Position numbers and translations under genes: made by a program. From Planctomycetota bacterium (GTDB lineage Bacteria; Planctomycetota; Planctomycetia; Pirellulales; Lacipirellulaceae): DNA of 38,850 nucleotides. Positions 1-10,774 of the stretch are shown here, one piece after another (the stretch's first letter is position 1; each line of letters begins with the position of its first letter). The stretch spans positions 1 through 38,850 of the forward strand of contig JBCCXZ010000036.1 in the NCBI GenBank assembly GCA_039190745.1. The letters run 5' to 3'. The notes below the pieces were generated by a model that was given only the letters and a program-made list of their open reading frames with translations, had not been told where the DNA came from and did not search any database.

Positions 1-401
<401 letters not shown>

Positions 402-1466
402 TTACTCCCGGGCCGCCTTGAGCTTGTCGCCGTTGCGCTGCAGCCAGATCCCGCGGCGGTTGGCCTCTGTCATCGCCGCTGCTTCGACTGACTTCTCTTC
501 CCGCGTCTCGACATCGCGGAGCCGCAGCGAGACCGTCTCTCCTGGCAGGTGCTTCATGCCCCACAGCACCTCGATGAGGTCTTCCGCGATTCGCTTCTCC
601 CACCGCTCGCCGAACTGCCGCTTGGCGGACGCGGCGATCTTCTCGACCGAAAACCCGTCCAGCGCAAGCCATTCGTACGTGCGGCCTTCGTAATTCACAA
701 GCACCTTGCCGCCTTCGAATTCCACGCGGGTGAACGGCGAGAGCTTCGGCGGCTCCGCATCGGAGTTTCGGTGGAGCGACCGCAGCAGATTGAGTGTTTC
801 CTTGTTGCGTTCGGCGTAAAGCTCACGGCGGTTCTCTTCGGTCATCACGGCTTGCGTGACAAGTGTCTCCTCACGGGTCTCAGGGTCGCGGAGCTTGAGG
901 GACACCGTCGGGCCCGGCGTGTGACCCATGCCCGAGAGCACCTCGACCAGGTCCTCGGCCGTGCGCTTCTGCCACTTGCGGCCGAACTGCTTCTTCGCCG
1001 CGTCGGTGATCTCGTCGACGGCCACGCCGTCCAACTCCAGCCACTCATAGGTCTTGCCCTCGTAGTCCACAAGCACTTGCTGCTTCTCGAACTCCACCTT
1101 CGTGAACGGGGAGACCTTGGGGTACTCGCGGTGCATGGCGACGGCCACACCGCTGGAGAGGGCCAGCACCAGAAACGCCGCGGCGATCGACGACCACCAC
1201 CCGCGCGCCGGCGCCTCGTCGCCCTGCGGCATCGCGTCGAGGTACTCGGCCGCCACCTCGGTCGGCGTGCCGAACCGTTCGGCGAACCGCGCGTCGAGCT
1301 GCTCTTCCGACAACGCTCCTTCCGCGGAGAGCGCCCCGACCTCACTCGCGAGGAACTCGGCGGCGTCGCTCAGCGCGGTCGTTCGCACCGAGCGGTCCGC
1401 ACCGCGGAGCGCCTGCTTAAGCTGTTCGAGATACCTTCGGACGGCGGCCTGCTGCGGGCTTTGCAT
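402..1466 (-). CDS. Membrane-anchored hypothetical protein: N-terminal HAAS/DUF1700-like region, one TM helix, two tandem ~100-aa domains
   Basis: YLEQLKQAL...FGTPTEVAAEY N-terminus, hydrophobic IAAAFLVLALSSGVAVAM segment, duplicated PK(V/L)SPFT.VEFE...MTE.NRR domain, GGAG before ATG 1466. Confidence 0.8.
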   Translation of the reverse strand: MQSPQQAAVRRYLEQLKQALRGADRSVRTTALSDAAEFLASEVGALSAEGALSEEQLDARFAERFGTPTEVAAEYLDAMPQGDEAPARGWWSSIAAAFLVLALSSGVAVAMHREYPKVSPFTKVEFEKQQVLVDYEGKTYEWLELDGVAVDEITDAAKKQFGRKWQKRTAEDLVEVLSGMGHTPGPTVSLKLRDPETREETLVTQAVMTEENRRELYAERNKETLNLLRSLHRNSDAEPPKLSPFTRVEFEGGKVLVNYEGRTYEWLALDGFSVEKIAASAKRQFGERWEKRIAEDLIEVLWGMKHLPGETVSLRLRDVETREEKSVEAAAMTEANRRGIWLQRNGDKLKAARE

Positions 1467-1821
1467 GACGGTTCTCCACGACTGAGTCGACAAAGTGCTT
1501 GGTGTCGTGCCAGGCCGCGAGCCAGTGCTTCAGCACCGCCTTGCCGGCCTTGGTCACCCGGTAATACTTGCGGGGCGGGCCCGCGTCGGAGGGCTCGGTC
1601 CGGCTGGCGAGCAGGCCCTGCTTCTCCAGCGACCGCAGCACGGGGTACAACGCCCCCGGCTTCATCGGCAGCTCGCCGCCGATGCGCACCTCCAGCTCCT
1701 TGGCCACTTCGTAACCGTACATGGGGCGCTTCCGCTCGTGCAGCAACGCCAGCAGCGTCAGCGAGGTCGCCCCCGCGTTGAGCTGCTTCTGGAGGTTGTT
1801 CTTCGCGGCTTCGATGTCCAA
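1417..1821 (-). CDS. PadR-family transcriptional regulator
   Basis: Winged-helix signature MYGYEV...GALYPVLRSLEKQGL...PPRKYYRVT.AG; TTG start. Confidence 0.93.
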   Translation of the reverse strand: MDIEAAKNNLQKQLNAGATSLTLLALLHERKRPMYGYEVAKELEVRIGGELPMKPGALYPVLRSLEKQGLLASRTEPSDAGPPRKYYRVTKAGKAVLKHWLAAWHDTKHFVDSVVENRHAKPAAGRRPKVSRTA

Positions 1822-1876
1822 GTTCGGCCCCCTTCCTGCGGGGCACGCAACGAAGCGGCCCTCTAATGTTCACCTC

Positions 1877-1904
1877 ATACTAGTGTTTGCTGGATACTAG
1901 TCAG
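1877..1904 (-). promoter_or_regulatory. Candidate padR promoter/operator
   Basis: ATACTAGT at 1877-1884 and 1894-1901. The minus strand reads CTGACT-N16-TAGTAT. Confidence 0.4.
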
Positions 1905-1970
1905 CCCTTTTTCTGCCGCGGTACCTTCACGCCTACAAGAACCATTGAGCCTCGGGCGAGTCGCCCGGAG

Positions 1971-2879
1971 CTATTCAGCGGCGGCAAGATCGAGGTCGAA
2001 CACGACCCCCTGTTGCCACGAACCGAAGGCCGCATGGGCCCCGGTACCGTCGAAGGCCACGCTGCACGGGTATTCCAGCGGGGAGACAAGCAGCGGCTCC
2101 CCGTCCTCGGCCCGGTAGACCACGACGCACCCGTCTTGCACAGAACCCAGCAGCCGCCCGCACGGAGACCATCGGACCGCGTCGCCAGACCCGCCAATCG
2201 CTACGGTTCGCGACCAAGCCGGCTCGCCGCCTCCGATCGGGATCACGGCCAACTCCGACGGCGGCTGGCCGCTCACTACGGCCAGTTTAGCGCCGCACGG
2301 GCTGAGGGCTGTCGACCACACCCGTGGCCACTCCACGCGAAGCCGCTCGGGGTCCGCCGCGTCGAACGGCCAACCCCAACGCAGGCCGTAAGCGGGCGGA
2401 CGTGTTTCCACGCCGTTGGTTTGCTTGGGCGTGTGGATCGTCACCCAGGCCAAGCCGCCCGCGGCGGCGTGGACGCCGGTGATCATCTCCCCGGGCCAAG
2501 CGCGGGAGAACACGACCTCGCCGCTGTCGGCTCGCCGGGCCGTGAGCACCCCGTCCCAGGAAGCATCGACCAGGAACCCGCCGCAGGGCGAGACCACCGG
2601 GGCGCACCCCTCCCCCATCGACTCGTTTTCGTAGTCGCGCAGCAACTTGCCGGAACCGGAGTCGAGCAGCACCATCCTCCCGGAGGTGCTCTTCACGACG
2701 CACCCAGTGCCGTCCGGCGTGAACGCGGCGTGCGACGGGTGCTTCAGCGGGTGCGAAGTCCACGCCTTCTTGCGGGCGCTCAAGTCCCACAGACTCACGT
2801 CCCGGCCGAACGTCAGGCAGCAAGCGCCCGCCGGATCGAACACGACGTCGTAGCTGCGGCCGATCTTGAGGGGTCGCAC
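1971..2879 (-). CDS. WD40-like beta-propeller protein
   Basis: Repeated units such as VFDPAG, AFTPDG, VSPCGG, LSPCGA, WSPCGR, AFDGTG and SLWDL at ~40-aa spacing. Confidence 0.8.
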   Translation of the reverse strand: MRPLKIGRSYDVVFDPAGACCLTFGRDVSLWDLSARKKAWTSHPLKHPSHAAFTPDGTGCVVKSTSGRMVLLDSGSGKLLRDYENESMGEGCAPVVSPCGGFLVDASWDGVLTARRADSGEVVFSRAWPGEMITGVHAAAGGLAWVTIHTPKQTNGVETRPPAYGLRWGWPFDAADPERLRVEWPRVWSTALSPCGAKLAVVSGQPPSELAVIPIGGGEPAWSRTVAIGGSGDAVRWSPCGRLLGSVQDGCVVVYRAEDGEPLLVSPLEYPCSVAFDGTGAHAAFGSWQQGVVFDLDLAAAE

Positions 2880-2964
2880 AACGGACTCCGGGCCAACACC
2901 AGGATCTCACACATTCGCCGCACAAGCGTAGCATACGGGGCTTGGTCCGCCCGAACCCGAGGCG

Positions 2965-3102
2965 TTGGAACCTTCTTGGGCCCGTCCCCGCGGCCTCTAC
3001 CGCAAGCTCGGCTACGAAGAAGAGGCCCGCCTGTGCGACTTCTACGACGCGGGGGACGACAAGATCGTGTATTGGAAAAGACTGACTAGCGGACAGGGCT
3101 AG
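2965..3102 (+). pseudogene. Remnant of a GNAT acetyltransferase (C-terminal ~45 codons)
   Basis: Reads LEPSWARPRGLYRKLGYEEEARLCDFYDAGDDKIVYWKRL, a GNAT motif-B-like end. In-frame TAG at 2929-2931 and no N-terminal half. Confidence 0.65.
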
Positions 3103-3162
3103 ATGGGTTCGGAAGGGTTCGAATCCCAAGACCAAGCAATGTGATTCTCTTCGAACTGCCCA

Positions 3163-3717
3163 CTACGAGGCGAGCGCGAGGAAGACCGATGCGGTCGTGA
3201 GCGTGAGGATTAGCTCGCGAAGGCTAAACTGCCAAATGCTTAATGCGTAATTGGCCTTGCGGTAACGGACATACCAGACAACAGGCAGTATGAAAGCCAG
3301 CAGCGTGGGAAGCCATGGCCGAACAGCGATCACATAGTTGTAGTCGCCGTCTCCCTTGGACCAGCTCTTGGCAGAAAAGCCCGGTGGATCCGGCGCCATG
3401 AACCTGGTGTTGTCCTCACCAAGAAAAGTAAAAGTCCATCCCTCGCGATAACCGAAGGTCTCGCGAGTCCGTTGCAAGCTACCGTACTTCTTGAAGTACT
3501 CCGCCGTCAGTGGCCAGTAGTGCATGCGTAATCGGAGCGTGTTGGAGTACCAACTGAGGCCCACAAAGCGGGTACGGACTTCGTTCGTCTCGGGCCAGGT
3601 CACACTCCGGATGTGGATCTTCTCGGAGTGACAAAGGCTCCGGGCCCACAGCGCTGCCAGCACAAGGAACGCGACCAAAGAAACTGCCGACGCCACGTTC
3701 AACAGCCTTACCCACAT
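3163..3717 (-). CDS. Hypothetical membrane protein
   Basis: 184 aa with N- and C-terminal hydrophobic helices. Ends in QFSLRELILTLT, a motif common in planctomycete proteins. Visibly lower GC than flanks. Confidence 0.7.
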   Translation of the reverse strand: MWVRLLNVASAVSLVAFLVLAALWARSLCHSEKIHIRSVTWPETNEVRTRFVGLSWYSNTLRLRMHYWPLTAEYFKKYGSLQRTRETFGYREGWTFTFLGEDNTRFMAPDPPGFSAKSWSKGDGDYNYVIAVRPWLPTLLAFILPVVWYVRYRKANYALSIWQFSLRELILTLTTASVFLALAS

Positions 3718-3864
3718 CTCACTGCACCTCTAGGTAATTCACCTACTAGTTGCGTGTGGCCAAGCTTCTATCGACCGTCGATCCCGTCCATCGTAGTGTG
3801 AAAACGGCCTGAAAACCAAGTGTGCCGATGCCCGCGGCGCCCACAGCCGCATGGGAGCACGGCC

Positions 3865-4404
3865 TCAGCCAGACAGCTTGCCGATGAACGACGCGAACTG
3901 CTCCGCCTGATCTCGCAGACGCCCCGAGAGCTCCTCGTCCGCCAGCTTGCCGTCGACGAACGCGTTGAAGCTGTCGCCGATGAACAGCCGCCGGGGGAAG
4001 AGGTGCGCGTTGCGGTACCCGGCGACCTGCTGGAAGTGCTCGACCGCCCGCAGGGCCTTGAACTGGCCAGCGGCCAGCCCGATGAACGCGCACGGCCGGC
4101 TGTCCAAGCCCTCGGGGAACGGAAGCATGTCGACGAACAGCTTCAACACCCCGGGGTAGCTGCCGTTGTACTCCGGGATGACGAACAGCACCCCGTCGCA
4201 CGCCACGAAGCGGTCGACCAACGCCTGCACCGCCGGCGCCTTCTCCTTATAGGCGGTGGCCGCTAGCGCTTCGGGCGGGAGCTCCGCCATGTCCAGCGGG
4301 TCGACCTCGTGCCCCAGCTCGCGGTAGCACTCGGCCGCTTCGGCCGCCAACAGACGCGACAACGCGCCTTCCCGATTCGTTCCGCAAACCACCGCGATCC
4401 GCAT
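3865..4404 (-). CDS. NADPH-dependent FMN reductase (flavodoxin-like)
   Basis: GTNREGALS and PEYNGSYPGVLKLFVD motifs; AGGAG before ATG 4404. Confidence 0.92.
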   Translation of the reverse strand: MRIAVVCGTNREGALSRLLAAEAAECYRELGHEVDPLDMAELPPEALAATAYKEKAPAVQALVDRFVACDGVLFVIPEYNGSYPGVLKLFVDMLPFPEGLDSRPCAFIGLAAGQFKALRAVEHFQQVAGYRNAHLFPRRLFIGDSFNAFVDGKLADEELSGRLRDQAEQFASFIGKLSG

Positions 4405-4581
4405 CTGCACTCCTCTCGTGTGAAACAACTCCGTGGGATGGGGCATCGTACAGCGGCCTAGGCGTGTTTGGGAATCGGCCGCCGCCAAGCCGGTGCGCCC
4501 CAGGGCGACTTTCCGTGCCCCGCCCGCCGATCGAGGTTACTCTGGTCAGTAGATAGACCGCGATCAACGGAGACTCTTCTC

Positions 4582-5433
4582 ATGTCGAAAGACGGCAAGA
4601 AAGCCAAGAAGTCGAAGAAAGACTCGCCCGGCAAACCCAGCGGGAAGGACCGCCCGAAGCTGAAGAACAAGCAGTACGAGAAGGAGCTCGAAAAACTGCA
4701 AGTCGAGCTGGTCCGGCTCCAGGCCTGGGTCAAGCACACGGGCGCCCGCATCGTGGTGGTGTTCGAGGGCCGCGACGCGGCCGGCAAGGGCGGCATCATC
4801 AAGCGGATCACTGGCCGGGTGAGCCCCCGCGTGTTCCGGGTGGTGGCGCTGCCCGCCCCCAGCGACCGCCAGAAGTCCCAGATGTACTACCAGCGGTACA
4901 TCGAGCACCTGCCCGCCGCGGGCGAGATCGTGATCTTCGACCGCAGCTGGTACAACCGGGCCGGCGTCGAGAAGGTGCTCGGCTTCTGCGACGACCGCCA
5001 GCACGAGAAGTTCCTGCAGGGCTGCGACCGGTTCGAGGGCGCACTGGTCGACGACGGCATGCTGCTGATCAAGTACTGGGTGTCGGTGAGCGCCGAGGAG
5101 CAGCGCCGCCGCTTCCGGGCCCGCGTCGAAGACCCGCTGCGGCAGTGGAAGCTCAGCCCGACCGACCTCTACTCGGTGAGCAAGTGGTACGAGTACTCGA
5201 TCGCCCGCGACACGATGATGCTGGCGACCGACACCGACTTCGCCCCGTGGCACATCGTGCGGTCGGACGACAAGAAGCGTGCCCGCCTGAACTGCATCCG
5301 CCACCTGCTGAGCTGCATCCCCTACGAAGACGTGCCGGTCGACGAGGTGGAGATCCCCGAGCGCGAGACGACGCTTGAGTACGACGACGTCGCGTCGCTG
5401 TCGCGGCGGCGGTTTATTCCTGAGCACTACTGA
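4582..5433 (+). CDS. ppk2: Polyphosphate kinase 2
   Basis: FEGRDAAGKGG (Walker A), IFDRSWYNRAGVE and QWKLSPTD motifs; GGAG before ATG 4582. Confidence 0.97.
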   Translation: MSKDGKKAKKSKKDSPGKPSGKDRPKLKNKQYEKELEKLQVELVRLQAWVKHTGARIVVVFEGRDAAGKGGIIKRITGRVSPRVFRVVALPAPSDRQKSQMYYQRYIEHLPAAGEIVIFDRSWYNRAGVEKVLGFCDDRQHEKFLQGCDRFEGALVDDGMLLIKYWVSVSAEEQRRRFRARVEDPLRQWKLSPTDLYSVSKWYEYSIARDTMMLATDTDFAPWHIVRSDDKKRARLNCIRHLLSCIPYEDVPVDEVEIPERETTLEYDDVASLSRRRFIPEHY

Positions 5434-5609
5434 TCGGTGTCGGTCACAGGCCGTGGTCCTCTGCCCGGATCATTTCGCTCCGGACGATACACGACGATAC
5501 ACCTGGACACTAGCCGCCAGAGAATCGAGCTCAGAGTGAAGCGGGGCAAAATGGCCCCGGCTGTCAAGTAACCGCGCGCCACATTCCGGTAAGAAATCCG
5601 GAAAGTCGA

Positions 5610-5637
5610 TTGACAACCGCCCCCTCACCCGTATCTT
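5610..5637 (+). promoter_or_regulatory. Sigma70-type promoter (sense leader)
   Basis: TTGACA (5610-5615), 16-bp spacer, TATCTT (5632-5637). Confidence 0.65.
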
Positions 5638-5648
5638 ATGCCTAACGC

Positions 5649-5689
5649 AAAAACCCCGCCGAGCGCGGGTTCGCTCTCGACGGGGGTTT
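5649..5689 (-). terminator. Intrinsic terminator (minus strand)
   Basis: Minus strand AAACCCCCGTCGAG...CTCGGCGGGG followed by TTTTT. One pair is G-U on minus but C/A on plus. Confidence 0.65.
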
Positions 5690-5758
5690 GTGTGATTGCC
5701 GGCGGCTGGTACCCGGCGGCGATCGAGTCACAGGACCGTGTTTAGTCTCCTGCGATGG
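5649..5758 (-). ncRNA. Candidate ~110-nt antisense sRNA with three stem-loops
   Basis: Lies between the minus-strand promoter at 5765-5792 and the terminator at 5649-5689. Hairpins at 5728-5755, 5694-5724 and 5651-5689. Ends are approximate. Confidence 0.55.
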
Positions 5759-5764
5759 ATGCAA

Positions 5765-5792
5765 ATTCTAGCCAGCCCCTTAGCGGCGTCAA
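5765..5792 (-). promoter_or_regulatory. Sigma70-type promoter (antisense)
   Basis: Minus strand TTGACG (5792-5787), 16-bp spacer, TAGAAT (5770-5765). Confidence 0.65.
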
Positions 5793-5823
5793 CTAGCATT
5801 TAGTCCGGAATCAGACATTCACG

Positions 5824-5862
5824 GCCCTCCTCCTGATCGTTCAGGAGACGAGGGCTTTTTTT
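5824..5862 (+). terminator. Intrinsic terminator/attenuator
   Basis: GCCCTC-CTCCTGA-tcgt-TCAGGAG-ac-GAGGGC followed by T7. Confidence 0.8.
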
Positions 5863-6008
5863 GTGCCAATAGACCCAAAAAACTGGCCGCCTGCGAGTGC
5901 TGGCAAGTCACCCCGCAGGCGGCCCGATGTGCAGGCCCTACCTCGTGCCTCGAGAGGGAGATAAGCCTGCTGTTGCGTCGGGGCTAACCCAGTTATCTGA
6001 GGTGGTCC

Positions 6009-6143
6009 ATGAAGACCATCGACGAACTGGGGCGTGCATTTGTGTTCGTCCGGAGCTACTGGCGTCGTCCCGCCTACAGCTTCGGGCGAGGCCCAAAGAC
6101 TGAGCACGTCATCCAGCACGTCAGGCGACTACCGCGTCGCTAA
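6009..6143 (+). CDS. 44-aa Arg-rich small protein (below ORF-track cutoff)
   Basis: MKTIDELGRAFVFVRSYWRRPAYSFGRGPKTEHVIQHVRRLPRR*. GAGGT at 5999-6003 sits 5 nt before ATG; a strong hairpin follows. Confidence 0.6.
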   Translation: MKTIDELGRAFVFVRSYWRRPAYSFGRGPKTEHVIQHVRRLPRR

Positions 6144-6185
6144 CCTGGCCTAGTTGCCCGGCCGGCAGCCGATCTGCCGATTGCT

Positions 6186-6225
6186 GGCCTCGGGCGGTTG
6201 CAGCCGCCCGGGGCCTCTCTCGTTT
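6186..6225 (+). terminator. Terminator-like hairpin after the small ORF
   Basis: GGCCTCGGGCGGTT/AGCCGCCCGGGGCC stem, then TCTCTCGTTT (imperfect U tract). Confidence 0.55.
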
Positions 6226-6481
6226 AACTCTGTGTTTAATCGCCAACAGGCCAGTAGACGCAGTGGGGCGTCCATTTGCAAGTAATTCGATCAAACTCTC
6301 GGGCGAATACTAATCGGACTCCAGTTTGCGGAAAAGACCAGCAACCGCAGATATGGTTCCATGAAATCTTGCGGTTTTGTGCAGGAAATGCTGTCGCAGC
6401 AGGTTATCAGCGGACTCAGCGACTGAAGCGGTATAGGGCAAGAACGTTGCCGTCCTCCAGACACTCTAACCTCAAATTTCG

Positions 6482-9382
<2,901 letters not shown>

Positions 9383-9502
9383 AAGAAGACCGGCGCGGGG
9401 CGGAAAAGAGAGGGCCGCCCTCCTGTGGCGGCCGCCCACTGGTGTCCAATCCCGTAGGTTACCAGGGGTAGAACGCGGGGGCAAACGAGCGGCGGATGTG
9501 CG

Positions 9503-10774
9503 CTAGACCTTCAGAAAAACCCGCTGCCTGTAGAGCCACCAGCAGGCCAGCCACCAGCCGCCGAGCCACGCCAGCACGAAGCCCCAACCCGCCGCGGCGG
9601 GAGAGCCGGTCGCGTGCCGCACCCACGCCTGGAAGCCCGCCGCGAGGCTGTCGGCGCCCCCCTCTGGCAGCGGCATCTGCCACTTCGAGAAGACTGTCTT
9701 GAACGACAGCTCGGCGCCGACGTAGAGCGCGATCGCGTTCAGCCCGAACACCCGCAGCGGCCAGGCGGTGGTCCAGCGGGCGACGTCGATGACCGCGAAG
9801 CACCCGGCCAGCAGCACGGCGCCCGTGCCCACGGCCAGCAGGCAGTACGCCGGGCTGAAGAACAGCTTGCTGAAAGGCACGGTGTACGCCCCCCACAGCC
9901 CGCCGCCCTCGGCCGCGTAGCCGCTCTGCAAGAGGAACGCGACGCCAACCATCGCCGCGCCGGCGAGCGCAACCGAGGCCGCGCGTTTGGCCGTCCGCTC
10001 GCCGTTCAGCGCCGCGGTGACGAACCCGCCCAGCACCGCCGCGGCGGCGAGTGGAAGGTACTGCTGCGCCATCCCCAGCCAGCCGAGCGTGTTCCGCAGC
10101 CACGCCGTTTCGACGAACTGGAAGTTCGCCGCGCGTTTGATCGCCTCGAAGTACGCCCACGTGCCGTGCCCCTCGGGCGCGCCCTCCGGCGTGCGGGCGC
10201 CGACCAATTCGACGACCGTTTCCCAAGGCAGCGCGGTCATCAAAGCCCACTTCCCCAGCAGCACCGCGGCCACAAACCCCGCGCGCCACCCCGGCGGTAG
10301 CATCCACACCCAGACCGACACGAAGTACGCAGCCCCGATCAGCTGCAGGATGTTCCACTCCAAGAGGTTCATCCAAGAGAGGGGCGTCTCGTACGCCCGC
10401 GACGCCACGGTGAGCACCACGCCCAGCAGGTAGAGCACCGCCCCACGGCGTGCGGCGATAAGCACCACCCCCGCCGCCGACCGCCCCTTGCCACGGCCCG
10501 AGTCGGTCGACAGCGGCAGCGACGCCCCCATGATGAACACGAACCAGGGGAACACCAGGTCGGTGAACGTGGCCCCTTGCAGCGGGTCGTCCCAAGGGAC
10601 GTGGAACAACTGCCGGTGAAACACGCCGCGGTCCCAGGTCATGTTCACCAGCAGCATCGAGCCCATGACCAGCCCGCGGAAGGCGTCGAGGGAGTGCAGG
10701 CGGGATGGGTTCGGCTCAGCTTTACTTACGCCATGTGAGTCTTCGATACTTGGTTCCCGCGTACTCACGCTCAT
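9503..10774 (-). CDS. HGSNAT-like (DUF5009/DUF1624) membrane acyltransferase-family protein
   Basis: RLHSLDAFRG, TFTDLVFPWFVFIMG, ILQLIG and FG.NAIALY motifs with many TM helices; ATGA overlap with the upstream gene. Confidence 0.88.
   Translation of the reverse strand: MSVSTREPSIEDSHGVSKAEPNPSRLHSLDAFRGLVMGSMLLVNMTWDRGVFHRQLFHVPWDDPLQGATFTDLVFPWFVFIMGASLPLSTDSGRGKGRSAAGVVLIAARRGAVLYLLGVVLTVASRAYETPLSWMNLLEWNILQLIGAAYFVSVWVWMLPPGWRAGFVAAVLLGKWALMTALPWETVVELVGARTPEGAPEGHGTWAYFEAIKRAANFQFVETAWLRNTLGWLGMAQQYLPLAAAAVLGGFVTAALNGERTAKRAASVALAGAAMVGVAFLLQSGYAAEGGGLWGAYTVPFSKLFFSPAYCLLAVGTGAVLLAGCFAVIDVARWTTAWPLRVFGLNAIALYVGAELSFKTVFSKWQMPLPEGGADSLAAGFQAWVRHATGSPAAAGWGFVLAWLGGWWLACWWLYRQRVFLKV

Noticed and set aside
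5483..5502. GACGATACAC tandem duplication as iteron or CRISPR remnant
   Set aside because: Only two adjacent copies with no spacers; a simple local duplication.
5562..5567. Minus-strand TTGACA
   Set aside because: No acceptable -10 hexamer at 16-18 bp.
5638..5745. 35-codon ORF (MPNAKTPPS...) as a leader peptide
   Set aside because: The ATG directly abuts the -10 box, upstream of the expected TSS, and has no RBS.
5863..5964. 33-codon GTG ORF with GAGG in the terminator 3' arm
   Set aside because: No recognisable protein features and it overlaps a strong hairpin. Not excluded, but unsupported without homologs.
6230..6481. Lower-GC stretch after uvrA; ORF 6276-6848
   Set aside because: No frame gives a recognisable protein, and most of that ORF is antisense to uvrA.
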